A stretch of DNA of 64,000 bases from Eledone cirrhosa. Lineage: Eukaryota. Numbering within the stretch: position 1 is the stretch's first letter; each line of letters begins with the position of its first letter. The stretch spans positions 26,598,001 through 26,662,000 of the forward strand of contig OZ024752.1 of assembly GCA_964016885.1 (NCBI GenBank), written 5' to 3'. Below are positions 30,473 through 43,652 of this stretch, in pieces. Below the pieces are notes generated by a model. That model searched no databases. It had not been told where the DNA came from and was given only the letters and a program-made list of their open reading frames with translations. The position numbers and the translations under genes were made by a program.

Positions 30473-32299
30473 ATGGCGGAAAAGATGGCAGACATGTCTG
30501 CCATTAGCTCTGCCACGCCCCCCAAGTCTGAAGAACAAAAAATAATTACAACAAAATTAGACAATGAAACAAACAAAGAAAATGAAAAAACAAATGTTAA
30601 GGAAAATGAGCAAACAGAAAACAAACAAACAGAAAATAATACAAATAACAACAGGGCAACTTTCGCCCAGAAAACAAAACAATCCATTACATACACACCA
30701 ATTGACCTAACTGCCGCCAGAGAAAAACTGGCCGAAGCAAAGAAACACATTGTTTTGGGGGAGAACGGAATGTTTTCCATTAACTCCTCCCCAGAATTCA
30801 AGAAAGCCAGAGCAGAAAACACAGTTCTCTACAGAACTATACTGAACCAGACAAGAAAGCCAGCACAGCCCAGCCAAATGGAAATAGAGTTAGTCCTAAA
30901 AGACTATATGAAGAATATTCTCTTCATACGAAAGGACCGACTCTATGGCAGCATTTCGGTCCTAACAAGAGACAGGGAAACGGCGGAGAAGCTTTCCCTA
31001 AGCCCACTCTCATCGACAACATATAGCTTCTATCCCTCCTACATGGGTAGAAGAACACAGAGAGTAAAAGTAAAAACAATGCTGCCCACAATGGACTTCT
31101 GGTGGGCTATTGCTGGCTTCATTGATATGGGCGAAGACACAATGCTGTCAATGGGGAAGGCAACTGGAGATGCGTTCCTGGGAATGGGCCTCGACATACT
31201 AGTCCAAATGAGGCCCGAAAGAATAGCACAAATCCCGGATCGCATCTGGCTGGATGACCTTACCCCAATAGACATAATTGTAGAGGGGAGAAGACCAGCA
31301 TGCTATTTATGCATGGAAAGGGGACACGTTAAGGCTAACTGCCCGAAACGTATCCCCCAAAAAGGACTATTGCCCACACCCACCACAAACAGTACACCAA
31401 CACCACCCACCTCCAAAAATACACTAATACCACACACAGCAAACAAAATACAGACACCACCAACCACAAACACAACACAAACATCACCACCACCAGCACC
31501 AAACACAAGCACGACACAAAAATCACCACCACCAACCACAACACAAACACCACCATCACCAACCACAAGCACGACACAAACATTACCACCACCACCACAA
31601 AACCCATTCCAAACAAATAATAAAAAAAACAGTAACAAATCTACCCCTCCCGCAAAAAAACAACAACCACACAACACGTCCTTCCCACCTAGCGCTGAAG
31701 AGTTTCCCCCAACTTCTGAAGAAGAAGGAGGAGAAGCCTTCAGACAAGTTAAAAGAAAAAAAAGAAAACACACACCCAGCACACCACAAATAACCCACAC
31801 ACAAACACCAACTCCAATCAAAAACACCCCACCCTCAACAAACAAAAATAAATCTGCGCCTCCCCTCTCCGAAACATTGACAGCATCACAAAAAAAGACG
31901 TTGCAATACACATATATAAATAAAGAAAACAAAAAACTGGTTAAATTAATAAACAATAACCCTATGGTGCAGACCGAAGGGCCAAACTTTATCTCAACAG
32001 AGAACTTCACCCATTTAAAAATGATAAAGGTCCCTCTGGACCTTTATCGTTCCTTAAAAGAACAATTTAGACGGGACGTGAGCCCCCCCTGTTTAAAACC
32101 GTTGAATCGCGTCCTCTTGAAAGATTTCCCCATAACCGCCCCTCTCCCTGACACAACTCCAAATACCCCAACCCCACCACACACGTGTACCCCCACACCA
32201 CCACAAAACATCCCTCCACCCAACACACCTGATGCCATGGAAATTACGCAACCCGGAGAGGTAAGTGCTTTTCTTTCTTCACTTTCAACACCAAAATAG
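30473..32299 (+). CDS. LINE ORF1 (gag-like, CCHC zinc knuckle, Pro/Thr-rich tail)
   Basis: CYLCMERGHVKANC; first ATG at 30473. Confidence 0.88.
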   Translation: MAEKMADMSAISSATPPKSEEQKIITTKLDNETNKENEKTNVKENEQTENKQTENNTNNNRATFAQKTKQSITYTPIDLTAAREKLAEAKKHIVLGENGMFSINSSPEFKKARAENTVLYRTILNQTRKPAQPSQMEIELVLKDYMKNILFIRKDRLYGSISVLTRDRETAEKLSLSPLSSTTYSFYPSYMGRRTQRVKVKTMLPTMDFWWAIAGFIDMGEDTMLSMGKATGDAFLGMGLDILVQMRPERIAQIPDRIWLDDLTPIDIIVEGRRPACYLCMERGHVKANCPKRIPQKGLLPTPTTNSTPTPPTSKNTLIPHTANKIQTPPTTNTTQTSPPPAPNTSTTQKSPPPTTTQTPPSPTTSTTQTLPPPPQNPFQTNNKKNSNKSTPPAKKQQPHNTSFPPSAEEFPPTSEEEGGEAFRQVKRKKRKHTPSTPQITHTQTPTPIKNTPPSTNKNKSAPPLSETLTASQKKTLQYTYINKENKKLVKLINNNPMVQTEGPNFISTENFTHLKMIKVPLDLYRSLKEQFRRDVSPPCLKPLNRVLLKDFPITAPLPDTTPNTPTPPHTCTPTPPQNIPPPNTPDAMEITQPGEVSAFLSSLSTPK

Positions 32300-32304
32300 A
32301 TCAA

Positions 32305-35300
32305 TTGAGAGTTGGCTGTTTGAACGCGCGTGGCCTGGGCTCAGCTTGGAAGCAAGCAAAGCTTCTAAGTGACCTCAGGTCACAAAGTATAGATGTGATG
32401 GTTGTTTGCGAGAGTCGGATCAGCAGCGTGAGACAGCTGGCGCCCGCCTTCGATGACTTTGAGATGCACGCATCTCTCTGTCAACCCGGAGGCGGGGGGG
32501 GGGGAGTTGCCGTACTGCTGGATAAACGTCTGACTCTCGACGTACAGATTGTTCACTCGGACCCGGGGGGTCGATTACTGGTGCTGGACGTCGGAGGCGG
32601 TGAAGGCGGGGCTTTCAGACTGGTCGGTCTTTATGCTCCCTTCGGGGCGGAAAGAGCCGACTTCTTCCAGCGTCTGGAGACTTTTCTAGGAACGTCGCGT
32701 TCCCTGCTTTTAGTGGGGGACTGGAATGGAATCCTAGATGCGCGTTGGGACTATGCAGGGGCATGTCCCGATAGAGGGGGGTGTAGCAGCCTCAAGGGGT
32801 TACTCGATCGATTCGACCTGGTCGATAGATTTCGACTAGATTGTCCAACTGCGCCAACCTGGACCTGGGCAAACCGCAGTGGACAATCTAGATCGTACCT
32901 AGATAGGTTTTTGGTTAGGAGTAAGGATAGGGACGTATTTAGTTGTCCAGAACTGATCATGGTTGGCTATTCAGATCACAAATTAGTGACCTGCGTGGTC
33001 AACCTTGATAGAACGCATAGACAGGGTCCCGGTTACTGGAAGATGAACTTGTCCTTACCGACAAAGAAAGATTACAGAAACCGGATTAGTAGCTTAGTTA
33101 AGATGCGGTTGACGGGAGCGATCGTCAGCAGTAGGTGGTGGGTATCTCTAAAGAGAGAGATTAGAGTAAGTTCGATAGGTTACAGTAAGGAACTAGCGGC
33201 GAATAGAAATAGGAAGGAAAGGGAGTTAACAGATAAACTAGAAGAGGCGATTAGGAGCGGAGACGTAGCCAGGGTGTTAGCGACGAGAACGGCGTTGAGC
33301 CAGTTCTTTGACGCGAAGCACGAAGGCTGCGTTGTCCGAAGTAAAATACGTGCTTTAGGAAACGAGGGGATCAAAGCTGTTAGCTGGGCCCGCGTGACAG
33401 AAGCCAAGAGTGGGATTAAATCCACCATTCGGTCTTTGCGAGACCAGGATGGACGGGTGATCCTTGAACCTGAGCGAATGTGCGAGACCTTTCAAAGGCA
33501 CTTTGCTCGACTGTTCGGAGGTGGCGGGGGGCCGGACGGGGATGTGGACTTCGGTCCATACCTCGATGGTCTACCGCGTCTTTCGAGCGGCGAAGCGGAG
33601 TGCTGCGAAAGGCCAATCACAGCCACTGAAATCGGGGAAGCGCTCAGCCAATGCAGCAGACGCAAATCCCCGGGTCTCGATGGTCTACCATACGAACTTT
33701 ATTTAGCTATGCCGGTCTTGTTCTCCGAACTCCTTGAGGCTGTCTATTGCAACTGGCAACAGAACGGGAGAATTCCCTGTTCTGTGACCAAGGGCGTGGT
33801 CACGCTAGTGAGGAAGGACGAGAGCAAGGGGGACGACTTAAGTAACTTTAGGCCCATAACTCTGCTGAATGCAGAGTTACAGATTTTGGCCAAGGTGTTG
33901 GCGAAGAGGTTGGCGCTTGTGGTGGGTGGTTTGGTGGGAGACGCGCAGACATGCGCTATCCCGTCCAGGTCCATTCACGACAACCTCCACCTCATGCGAT
34001 ACATCATAGAGAGGGTTGGCTACGAACCCGGCTTTGGTGGGGCCCTGATCAACTTGGATCAATCTAAGGCGTTCGATAGGGTCGACCATGGTTACCTGGA
34101 TGCGGTGCTAGCGGCGGCGGGCTTCGGACCCGTTTTCAGGGGCTGGATTTCTGCCATGCACAGTGGCAACATCTACTCTAGGATTAAAGTAAACGGCTAC
34201 CTCTCGGAGCCGTTTCAAATCACCCGATCCATCAGACAGGGGTGCCCCCTCTCCTCCCTTCTGTACGTATTGACTCTCGAGCCACAGCTGCGGAAGTTGG
34301 AGTTGATGCGGGGCATACCCCTGGAACCGGGATTGCACAAAGCGGTCTCGGCCTATGCCGACGACGTAACAGTAATGGTGGCGGACGCCTCGGAAATCGG
34401 GGCGATCGCCACCCTACTGGAGGAATACGAAAGGCTGACGGGGGCTAAGCTGAACCAGGACAAGTCAGTCGGTTTGCAACTCGGAACGTGGAGGGGCAAA
34501 CCGATGCCGTTAGACGGTGTCGTCGGGCGGTGGACGGAGGGCCCGGTGAAGCTGCTCGGGGTCTGGTTCGGACCGGACCTCCAGGTGGACAAGAATTGGG
34601 GCGAGGTGACGAGCAGGGTGTTTGCCCTGACCCAGAAGTGGGCCAAGTGCAAACTATCACTGAAAGGTCGGGCGGAGGTGACGAACGCTTACATAGCGTC
34701 CGTCATCTACTACCGCCTGACCGTCGTGCCTTGCCCCAAGGAAAAGCTCACCATCATGGAACGCATGCTCTTCCAGTTCCTCTGGAAGAAGCGGCCTCCC
34801 ATGGTGAGGAGATCCATCTGCTGCCAGCACCCTTCGAAAGGAGGGCTGGGTATGCCGTGGCTATTGATGCGTAGGCACGCATTGAGGCTACGGCATCTAC
34901 AGGTATTCCTCAACGGTCAGCCGGTGTGGGCCCCGTTTGTGAGGCGAGCCTTCCCACAGCTCGTCTCGCTCACCGAACTGCAATCCTGGGTGAAGCAAAG
35001 ACCGAGAAAACTGGGCAACTGGCACACCGAGTGTGCCCAGGCGCTCACGGCTATCTGGCAAGCGGACCCGACTGTCAGTGGAGAATCCACCTCGACATTC
35101 TATAGAGGGTTGGTGGCTAGCAGGGGCGACGACACCCTTGGAGAGTCGCTAGGCATGGAGGAGGACGAACTGGCCAGCCTGTTCGGTAGAACTTTCGGCC
35201 CGGGACCCATGGACAACTTCCAGAGGTCCCTAGCCTGGCAGTGTTACCGGGGGGCTCTGCCCGTTCGAGAAAAGCTCTACAGACACGGGCGCCCGGGCAG

Positions 35301-35736
35301 GGATCCCGTGAAAAAGATCTGTCCCAGATGCGTGCGCGACGAGGAAACCGTTGCGCATGCACTGGTACACTGCCCGGGCGTTGCCGATCTGTGGGGCTAC
35401 GTCGAACGACTGCTGTCGCGTGTGGCGCCGATTCGATTAACCGCCGAGTCTGTGGTGAACATCAAGCCGCCTCCTCCCTTCAGAAATGAAGCAGAGGCGG
35501 TCTTTCTGTGCGTAATAGCCATGATGAAAGAGGTTGTGTGGTGGACGCGCCTGAAAGGTCTGAGGTCGGGTGACTTTCTCTCCGGCCATCACCTGGTTTA
35601 CTTCTTCCGATACCACTTCGGAAGAAGGATCAGGATGGAGAGAGAAGTGCTTGGTTCCAGACAGTTTTATGAAAGGTGGGTGAAAGAAGCGAGAATGGCC
35701 CGTGTAAATGGGCCTTCTCTCTACATTGTTCTGTAG
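32305..35736 (+). CDS. LINE ORF2: APE endonuclease, reverse transcriptase, C-terminal Zn finger
   Basis: GDWN, YLDRF, SDH; KSPGLDG, RPITLLN, LDQSKAFDRV, IRQGCPLS, YADD; CPRC...H...HC. No ATG at the N-terminus. Confidence 0.95.
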   Translation: MRVGCLNARGLGSAWKQAKLLSDLRSQSIDVMVVCESRISSVRQLAPAFDDFEMHASLCQPGGGGGGVAVLLDKRLTLDVQIVHSDPGGRLLVLDVGGGEGGAFRLVGLYAPFGAERADFFQRLETFLGTSRSLLLVGDWNGILDARWDYAGACPDRGGCSSLKGLLDRFDLVDRFRLDCPTAPTWTWANRSGQSRSYLDRFLVRSKDRDVFSCPELIMVGYSDHKLVTCVVNLDRTHRQGPGYWKMNLSLPTKKDYRNRISSLVKMRLTGAIVSSRWWVSLKREIRVSSIGYSKELAANRNRKERELTDKLEEAIRSGDVARVLATRTALSQFFDAKHEGCVVRSKIRALGNEGIKAVSWARVTEAKSGIKSTIRSLRDQDGRVILEPERMCETFQRHFARLFGGGGGPDGDVDFGPYLDGLPRLSSGEAECCERPITATEIGEALSQCSRRKSPGLDGLPYELYLAMPVLFSELLEAVYCNWQQNGRIPCSVTKGVVTLVRKDESKGDDLSNFRPITLLNAELQILAKVLAKRLALVVGGLVGDAQTCAIPSRSIHDNLHLMRYIIERVGYEPGFGGALINLDQSKAFDRVDHGYLDAVLAAAGFGPVFRGWISAMHSGNIYSRIKVNGYLSEPFQITRSIRQGCPLSSLLYVLTLEPQLRKLELMRGIPLEPGLHKAVSAYADDVTVMVADASEIGAIATLLEEYERLTGAKLNQDKSVGLQLGTWRGKPMPLDGVVGRWTEGPVKLLGVWFGPDLQVDKNWGEVTSRVFALTQKWAKCKLSLKGRAEVTNAYIASVIYYRLTVVPCPKEKLTIMERMLFQFLWKKRPPMVRRSICCQHPSKGGLGMPWLLMRRHALRLRHLQVFLNGQPVWAPFVRRAFPQLVSLTELQSWVKQRPRKLGNWHTECAQALTAIWQADPTVSGESTSTFYRGLVASRGDDTLGESLGMEEDELASLFGRTFGPGPMDNFQRSLAWQCYRGALPVREKLYRHGRPGRDPVKKICPRCVRDEETVAHALVHCPGVADLWGYVERLLSRVAPIRLTAESVVNIKPPPPFRNEAEAVFLCVIAMMKEVVWWTRLKGLRSGDFLSGHHLVYFFRYHFGRRIRMEREVLGSRQFYERWVKEARMARVNGPSLYIVL

Positions 35737-35966
35737 GTGAAGAAGTGAAGAGGAAAGGGGGAGCGCCTCCTCTCTGGGTTTCCCCCGCGAAAAGAGTTGC
35801 ACACTTTTCGGGGGTATGTGCAATCCCCAACACGCCCCCTCCCTTTTGAGCACTTTTATTGTTATATTATTATTGTTATTCCTTTTTTCTTTACTCGATT
35901 TATGTAAACTCCCCCACTGTGTAAATGTCCCCTCCTTTTGTGCCCTCGTGGCAAATAAATAGAAAT

Positions 35967-35998
<32 letters not shown>

Positions 35999-36022
35999 AT
36001 ATATTTATTAAAATAACAGATT

Positions 36023-36074
36023 AACGTTTAAGCAAAGAATCGCTGCTTTCACCCTCAACGGGATCTTCTGAAAC
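36023..36074 (-). ncRNA. Degenerate hammerhead (family also at ~49750-49845 and ~51040-51090)
   Basis: gttt-CAGAAGA-t-ccc-gttga-ggg-t-GAAA-gca..tgc-TT-aaac; the minus-strand copies at ~49797 and ~51086 keep CTGAAGA. Confidence 0.55.
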
Positions 36075-36131
36075 TAACAAAGTCAATCTGTAAACGCCCT
36101 CTTTGGATTTTAGTCTTCAAATTTATTATTA

Positions 36132-36198
<67 letters not shown>

Positions 36199-36405
36199 CG
36201 AAATACAGTGAGATTCTGAAATGTTTCCATCTGCAGTTTCATAATTAGTTGATTAATTCATAATCTTTTATTTAAATACCATGCATTGGAAGATTGTGAA
36301 AAATAATCCCAATTTTCCCTCTTAAATTTAAGATCATGAGAATTGAAGACAATCAAATGTATACTCTTTAATAAACAAAAATCAATAAATTCACATGTTT
36401 CTTAC

Positions 36406-36585
36406 TAGGACGTAATCGTAATCCCGTTGTGGTATAGAGCCTCGTTGTGGTTTGGGGGCCCGTTGTTGTATGGGGACTCGTTGTGGTATGGGCACCCGCT
36501 GTGGTATGGGGACTCGTTGTGGTATGGGCACCCGCTGTGGTATGGGGACTCGTTGTGGTATGGGCAGCCGTTTGGTATGATGCAG
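36406..36585 (-). CDS. Thr-rich mucin-like exon (18-bp repeats) of the upstream gene
   Basis: ttacag acceptor / gtaaga donor, 180 nt. Phase 1 reads ASYQTAAHTTTSPHTTAGAHTTTSPHTTAGAHTTTSPHTTTGPQTTTRLYTTTGLRLRP. Confidence 0.7.
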
Positions 36586-36789
36586 CTGTAATTTAAATGG
36601 AAAGAAATATTTTAATATTAAACAGGAGAATGACATTTTAAATTATACTCAATATGAAGGATGACATGAAATCTCACATTAAGGACAAAACTTGTCAGTG
36701 GGATGACTTCATCATAAAAAAGACGTCCGTCATCGAACCCACCAAAATTGTGTGTCTAGCATTATATGCAAGATTCGACTTGGCTGGTT

Positions 36790-37420
36790 GGGACATGTCC
36801 CATAACTTCCAGTTGAGAGACATGCAAATCAGGTCACGTAAGGGTACCCCCAATGGAAAGAGGCGAAGAGGACGTCCCAAGATGAAATGGTGTCTGACAA
36901 TTGACAAAGACCTGAACCCCATCAACACAATTTGGAACAACATATTGATAGATGCAACTGACCGTGGTCATCACTTTGGTTGCTTCAAAAGTCTCAGGAC
37001 ATGGCAGCATCTGAGTGTAAATAATTGTTTCTACTTTTGGCACAAGGCCAGCAATTACCCAGTACATTACCGGTACTTTATTTTATCGACCCGGTAAGGA
37101 TGAAAGGCAAAGTTAACCTCGGTGGGATTTGAACTCAGACTGTAAAGGGGCGTAACGCTATGCTACAAAGCATGGCGTACGACCCTCTATTGATACTGCC
37201 AACCCACAGCCCTTATAGTAATTGTTGATAGCCATAAATAATTGTTTCTACTTTTGGTACAAGGCCAGCAAACAGCCAGTATATTACTGGTACTTTATTT
37301 TATCGACCCGGTAAGGATGAAAAGCAAAGTTAACCTCGGCGGAATTTGAACTCAGTACGTAAAGTGCCATAACTTTATGCTTCAATGTATGCTGTCTGAC
37401 ACTCTACCGATACTGCCAAA
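36790..37420. mobile_element. RTE-like LINE 3' fragment (+) followed by two SINE copies (-)
   Basis: GKRRRGRPKMKW...D...W......DR motif; SINEs at ~37020-37205 and ~37238-37420. Confidence 0.65.
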
Positions 37421-37635
37421 ATAATTGTGGACTATTTCGTACTACTAAACTCTAAAAAAAAGTTTGACTTTTTTCTTATCCATTTATTTCAAAATACAAA
37501 AACTTATTGGTTTTCAGTGAACGTTGAAATAAATATTATTTTGGAAAGAGAGAATGAGAGAGAGAGAGAGAGAGAGTTAGGGGAGGGGGGTGGAGAACCA
37601 GAAGGAGAGAGTGAGAGAGAGAGAGAGTTACTTAC

Positions 37636-37650
37636 GAGTTGGATACCTAT
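37636..37650 (-). CDS. 15-nt microexon ATAGGTATCCAACTC
   Basis: ttttacag acceptor / gtaagt donor. Confidence 0.6.
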
Positions 37651-38388
37651 CTGTAAAAGTAAATAGAAATATTATAAAAGGTTTGTGGTATATTTCGTAC
37701 TACTAAACCCTAAAACTATCTAATAAACAAAATACCCGAACACGAAATAGTTGACATCCAACTCTTTTTGAACCTCCAATGAGTTGTCATTAGAATGCCA
37801 TATATTCACACAAAAAATTAAACTTCTTTATAGACAAGAATATCTCAATATTAAAGTAATTTGTATGCTGACACATTCATGTGCCTGTTTTATAATAAAA
37901 TAAAATAGCATTTACTCTGCTTAAAGTTATTAATGTAATGTCATGTGGATTTTCTTTATAGATTAACACTGCTTGCCATTGTTGTCATGTGTCATTCAAG
38001 AAAAATGACACTTGTGGTGTATGTCCTTAATGAAGAGCATTCAATTATACAGCTAGCTATAGTGGAATTCGTAAGGAAAGCTGTTAAAATATAACAAATT
38101 CACAATAGGCTATCTCTGCTCATATCTATGAAATATTCATGAAACAAATAATATATTATTTGGAATCCCTATTATTATTAAAGAAAATGCTTTAAAAGAA
38201 AAACAAATTAAACGGATGTTTAAGAGAAAATTTCTATATTCAATGTATTTTTACATTATATGTAAATCATCTTGAGGTAAAATGTTTTGATATCAAATAA
38301 AATGAAAATTTATTTCAAGATACAAAAACTTCTTGGTTTTCAATGAGAGTTGAAATGAATATTATTCTAGAAAGAGAGAGCTACTTAC

Positions 38389-38403
38389 GAGTTGGATACC
38401 GAT
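38389..38403 (-). CDS. 15-nt microexon ATCGGTATCCAACTC
   Basis: ttttttccag acceptor / gtaagt donor. Confidence 0.6.
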
Positions 38404-38944
38404 CTGGAAAAAAAAAAAACCCCAATATTATAAAACGTTTGAGACTTATGTTAAATTATCAACTATTGCCTACTTGTCATTTAAACAAGCCATGATCTTT
38501 AATAGAAGATTTTCCATGTTGATAAATATTATAATAATACATCTGGTGTACATACGATATTTTCTCACCACGAGCTGTTAATACATATTTACACAGACAT
38601 GCTTTACTCAATTGGACTGTGAGAGATCTAGATTTTCATAGTCTGTAATATAAGACATCAACTAAAACAACGTCCATCACACCATAAATTTGAAAGCCAG
38701 CATTTGAGAATATCTTGAATATTGAGCGGTTGGAGACATTTTAACATCAACGATTAGTTTTTAAAAAGGCAAGTATTTAATTATTTATTTATATGCTGTA
38801 ATCATAGCTATCTAGCTACAGCTATATTTTATAATTAATTATTTTACTTTTCCAAATATAATTCATTAGTAGAGAAAAGTAATGAAGAATGACATGATGC
38901 TGAATGAAAACAAAAGCGATATATACAAACACACACACGCCGAC

Positions 38945-40765
38945 CACAACTAAATATGGAATGATGCGCGATGGGGCTCCGCCACAGCCCCGGCGATCAG
39001 AATGGAGAAGGCATTTCCCCAGAGGACAGCAAGGGAGACACGCTGGAAAAGCCACTCCAACTCGCGGGGCCCACACCTGCGGCTGGCCAGCTCAGCGCCT
39101 ATGGTGGTGAGTATGGAGGTAGCCCTAGGGCCAAGGACACGAGAAGTCTCCACTGCCAGGCGTACAACCGCAAACCTGTCGGAGAGCGACCGGTATTTGA
39201 GGAGTTTAGCTTCCTCAGCCCGACGTGCAGCAGAACCCGGGTTAATCGCAGACTGCACCAGAACCTGGGTTAATCGCAGACTGCACCAGATTGCGGCTGC
39301 AGAATGTGTCGGTACAGGTGGCATCCCAGACGAGAGGTTTACCACCGCGGAACGGGAAAATGGTCATGCCATCTGGCCTGTTGCCGTCCTATCGGTATAG
39401 CCCCACCGCCTCGAGCTGGGAAGGGAAGCCTGCAGCGTCCAAGCCATGCTTTAAGACCTCGTTGAGGGCAGCATGGCGTGGAAGGCGGCCGGCACTGTGG
39501 CGACAGGAAAGCGGGTTGAGGCCGAAAGAGTCCACGGTGGAACCGCAACGACATTGGTGTGGATGGCAGATCCGGAGGCCGAGCCTCAGGGAAACGCCGA
39601 TTCGCAGGCTATTATTGTCTAGCTGCGTGTCAGTGGAGATGGGCGGCAGGCCATGGAGCCAGACACCACTGTGGGGTTTGGAGGCCGCACGAAAACAGGC
39701 AACGCGGTGCTGGTCGAGCTGGCGCGTGAGCCTGTCTGAGGCCAGGCTGCACTGGATGGCATCCCAAGTGCTTTGGAGGGACTTGATGTCAACAGGGGAA
39801 GAAGGAGGAGGGACATCTACTGGGCTGAGTCCCAGCCGGTCCCACGTCTCACAGGTGGCCTCACGTTCTCTGAACACAGAGGGTTCTATTGTGTTTTGGA
39901 GAACCCTGCTGACGAGGACGCGGCACGAGGTTACCGACGAAAGATACGCCGGCAAAGCCAGTGAGGTCGGGGACCGGAGGCCAACGCCGCCATACCTCAC
40001 AGGTAAAGTGGCCTGTTGCCATCCAATGATGTCATACTTGACGTTACATATCTTCTCAGCTGCTTCTCGGATACATGTATCGAGATCAGCGAGGAGAGAT
40101 GTGTGAGTGTAGCACGGAGTGCTGCCAAGGGTATAGAGGAGCTTCGGCATGGCGAAGCAGTTCCTCAACAGAAAGAGGGCTGGATGGCCGTCGATCAAGC
40201 CCAGTTGGCTCGTGAGAGTCTGGAGTTGTTGAAGCCTGGACTAGATCGTGGTGCGGATGGCCGGCGAGTGGATCGGTGACTCGAGGATGAGGACATCCTC
40301 TTTAGGGGGTCACCTGTACCTGGTGGAGAATGGACTGCACGTCCGTGACGGAAGCTGCAAAGCTCTCAGCATCGTGGCTGACGTTCACCACCTCCGACTT
40401 AGCCGAGTTGACCTGGAGGCCGATTCCTGCCAGGGCAGGAACCACCGACTGTAGGTCATGGCAGACAGTCTGTACGCCTCGCCCCTCAACGTAGCATCAT
40501 CCAGATACCAAACATTGAGAGGGGCCGTGATACTCCGGGCGATGTGGTCTATGCCTAGGGCAAACAGGAGGGGTCCCAAAGGGTCGCCCTGTTGGACCCC
40601 AGTAGCCGAAGTATGACCGTATCAGCAGCAAGTAGCATGCTCGGGGCTCCATATGACATGTAGGCCAGCGGGTAGGCAGAGGGGGCTCGGCTGAGGCAGG
40701 CTTCAAGCAGATGGTCCCGGCGTAAGCAGTTGAAGGCATTCCTCATGTCAAGCTTCACAATGAGG
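38945..40765 (-). mobile_element. 5'-truncated, frameshifted CRE-clade (RLE) non-LTR retrotransposon
   Basis: KLDMRNAFN, QQGDP.GPLLFALGI, WYLDD, CRCG....NPLSC...RHAALN, RPDG...WDAT, AEEAKLLKY. Confidence 0.85.
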
Positions 40766-41260
40766 TGCCTGGAGTCCCTGGATGCCTGTTCCGGTGGGCA
40801 GCTGTTGAAGTATTGTATTCCCCCACACTACAAGACAATACACTGCTTATCACTATAAATGGTAACTCAGTGCAATTCGCAGATTACTACTACGAACCCA
40901 AAGTTCCCTCACCACATAGACTTCGTCTGTCCCCTCTCTATCTCACTCTCTCTACATCCATTACACTCTCTCTCTCTCGCCTTTGGTCTACCTCCCTCCC
41001 TCTCCACATCTATGAACCTGTCCTCTGGGGCAATAACTAATTCCGACCTTAACAATCAACGCATCTCTCCAAAAGTAACCAGTATAATAAAACCCCTACC
41101 ATAACATTTTGATTAAGATATCTACAAACCACTCTCTCCTATTTCTCCAACCCCTGCATATCTTTCTCACCCTCTCCCCTACTTGTCTCTCTTCCTTTTC
41201 TACTCTATCTTCTCCAACAACCCCACTTAAGGGTATTTACATTGTACATTTTAACCATTC

Positions 41261-41372
41261 TGCTCTGAGGATACAGTGGTCACAGCATTGGATATTTGAG
41301 TTCTGCAAATAGTTGTAAATTTGCACATAGCATAACTAGGCTGTATTACCACCGTGGAAACATTTGTAAGCA
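41261..41372 (+). ncRNA. Type I hammerhead with long stem II insertion
   Basis: tgct-CTGAGGA-tacagtggt..acagc[...]gctgt..accaccgtg-GAAA-catttg-TA-agca; (AT)n starts ~55 nt downstream. Confidence 0.75.
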
Positions 41373-41419
41373 CACGGAATAAATTACCTTTTTATGATGT
41401 CTACCTGTTATTATTCATT

Positions 41420-42800
<1,381 letters not shown>

Positions 42801-43239
42801 AGTGTGTTTTTGAATGTGTCTCTTGATTTTTGGAATATAGTTGAATAATGGTATGATATGCACTCAATAAATTGAATTGGTCTATAGAATTCTCTAGGCC
42901 TTTGTCACTTAGTAGAACCTTAAAGAATTTAGCTTTTAAAGAATCTCCCTTTTCTTTAAATCCATCAACCATGACTGACCCCCAATGATCTTATAGACAC
43001 CTGATATCTAGGCATTGTCAGCTTAAGAGAAACTTAAAAATAAGGAGTGGCACCCCATCCCGAACTTGTTTATAGAATTCTTTCTGCCTTTGTTACTCTA
43101 AAAATAAATAATAGCTTTGAAGAATTAGCTTTTAATTAATTCCCTTTTCTATCAACCAATGACCTACACCCATCCCACTCCCTACCATCTCCTACCACCT
43201 GAAGAGACCTATAAATACCATACTTAATTTTTGATACCC

Positions 43240-43290
43240 AGATTCCTGATGATTTCTAAAGAATGAAACAGTTCTAGTCCTGTAGAATCT
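43240..43290 (+). ncRNA. Canonical type I hammerhead ribozyme
   Basis: agattc-CTGATGA-t-ttc-taaa-gaa-t-GAAA-cag-ttctagtc-ctg-TA-gaatct; all three helices intact. Confidence 0.9.
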
Positions 43291-43371
43291 CATCTATATT
43301 AAAACTTTTATACTCTGCATGTATTGAGTGCCTTACTTACTGTGGTTACCTCCGACTCAACCCGGAATAAC

Positions 43372-43452
<81 letters not shown>

Positions 43453-43652
43453 GTTTGTTTAATTATTTTGGTAGTAAACCAAAATAGTGGAGGTTATAAA
43501 TTTTTCTTCTTCATAGTGTTTTATTCGGATTTTAGTAATCTGTGATTTAGGGTGTTGCTTTCTTCTTAGTGTTTGTTTGCATATTATCTCTCACACTCAA
43601 ACGAAAGCCTGCTATGCGAGATTTGAATTTATAACACAAAGAGCGGAAATAT

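Larger units (their letters stand above)
30263..35998 (+). mobile_element. Apparently full-length Tx1/L1-group non-LTR retrotransposon
   Basis: 5'UTR, two intact ORFs, 3'UTR with aataaa and (atct)n tail. Confidence 0.92.

Noticed and set aside
31039-35853. Numerous antisense and alternate-frame ORFs within the LINEs
   Set aside because: Shadows of GC-richer retrotransposon coding sequence.
36391-36636. ORF-track frame (PIPQRV)n
   Set aside because: Splice sites and phase-1 neighbours favour the Thr-rich frame; not proven without cDNA.
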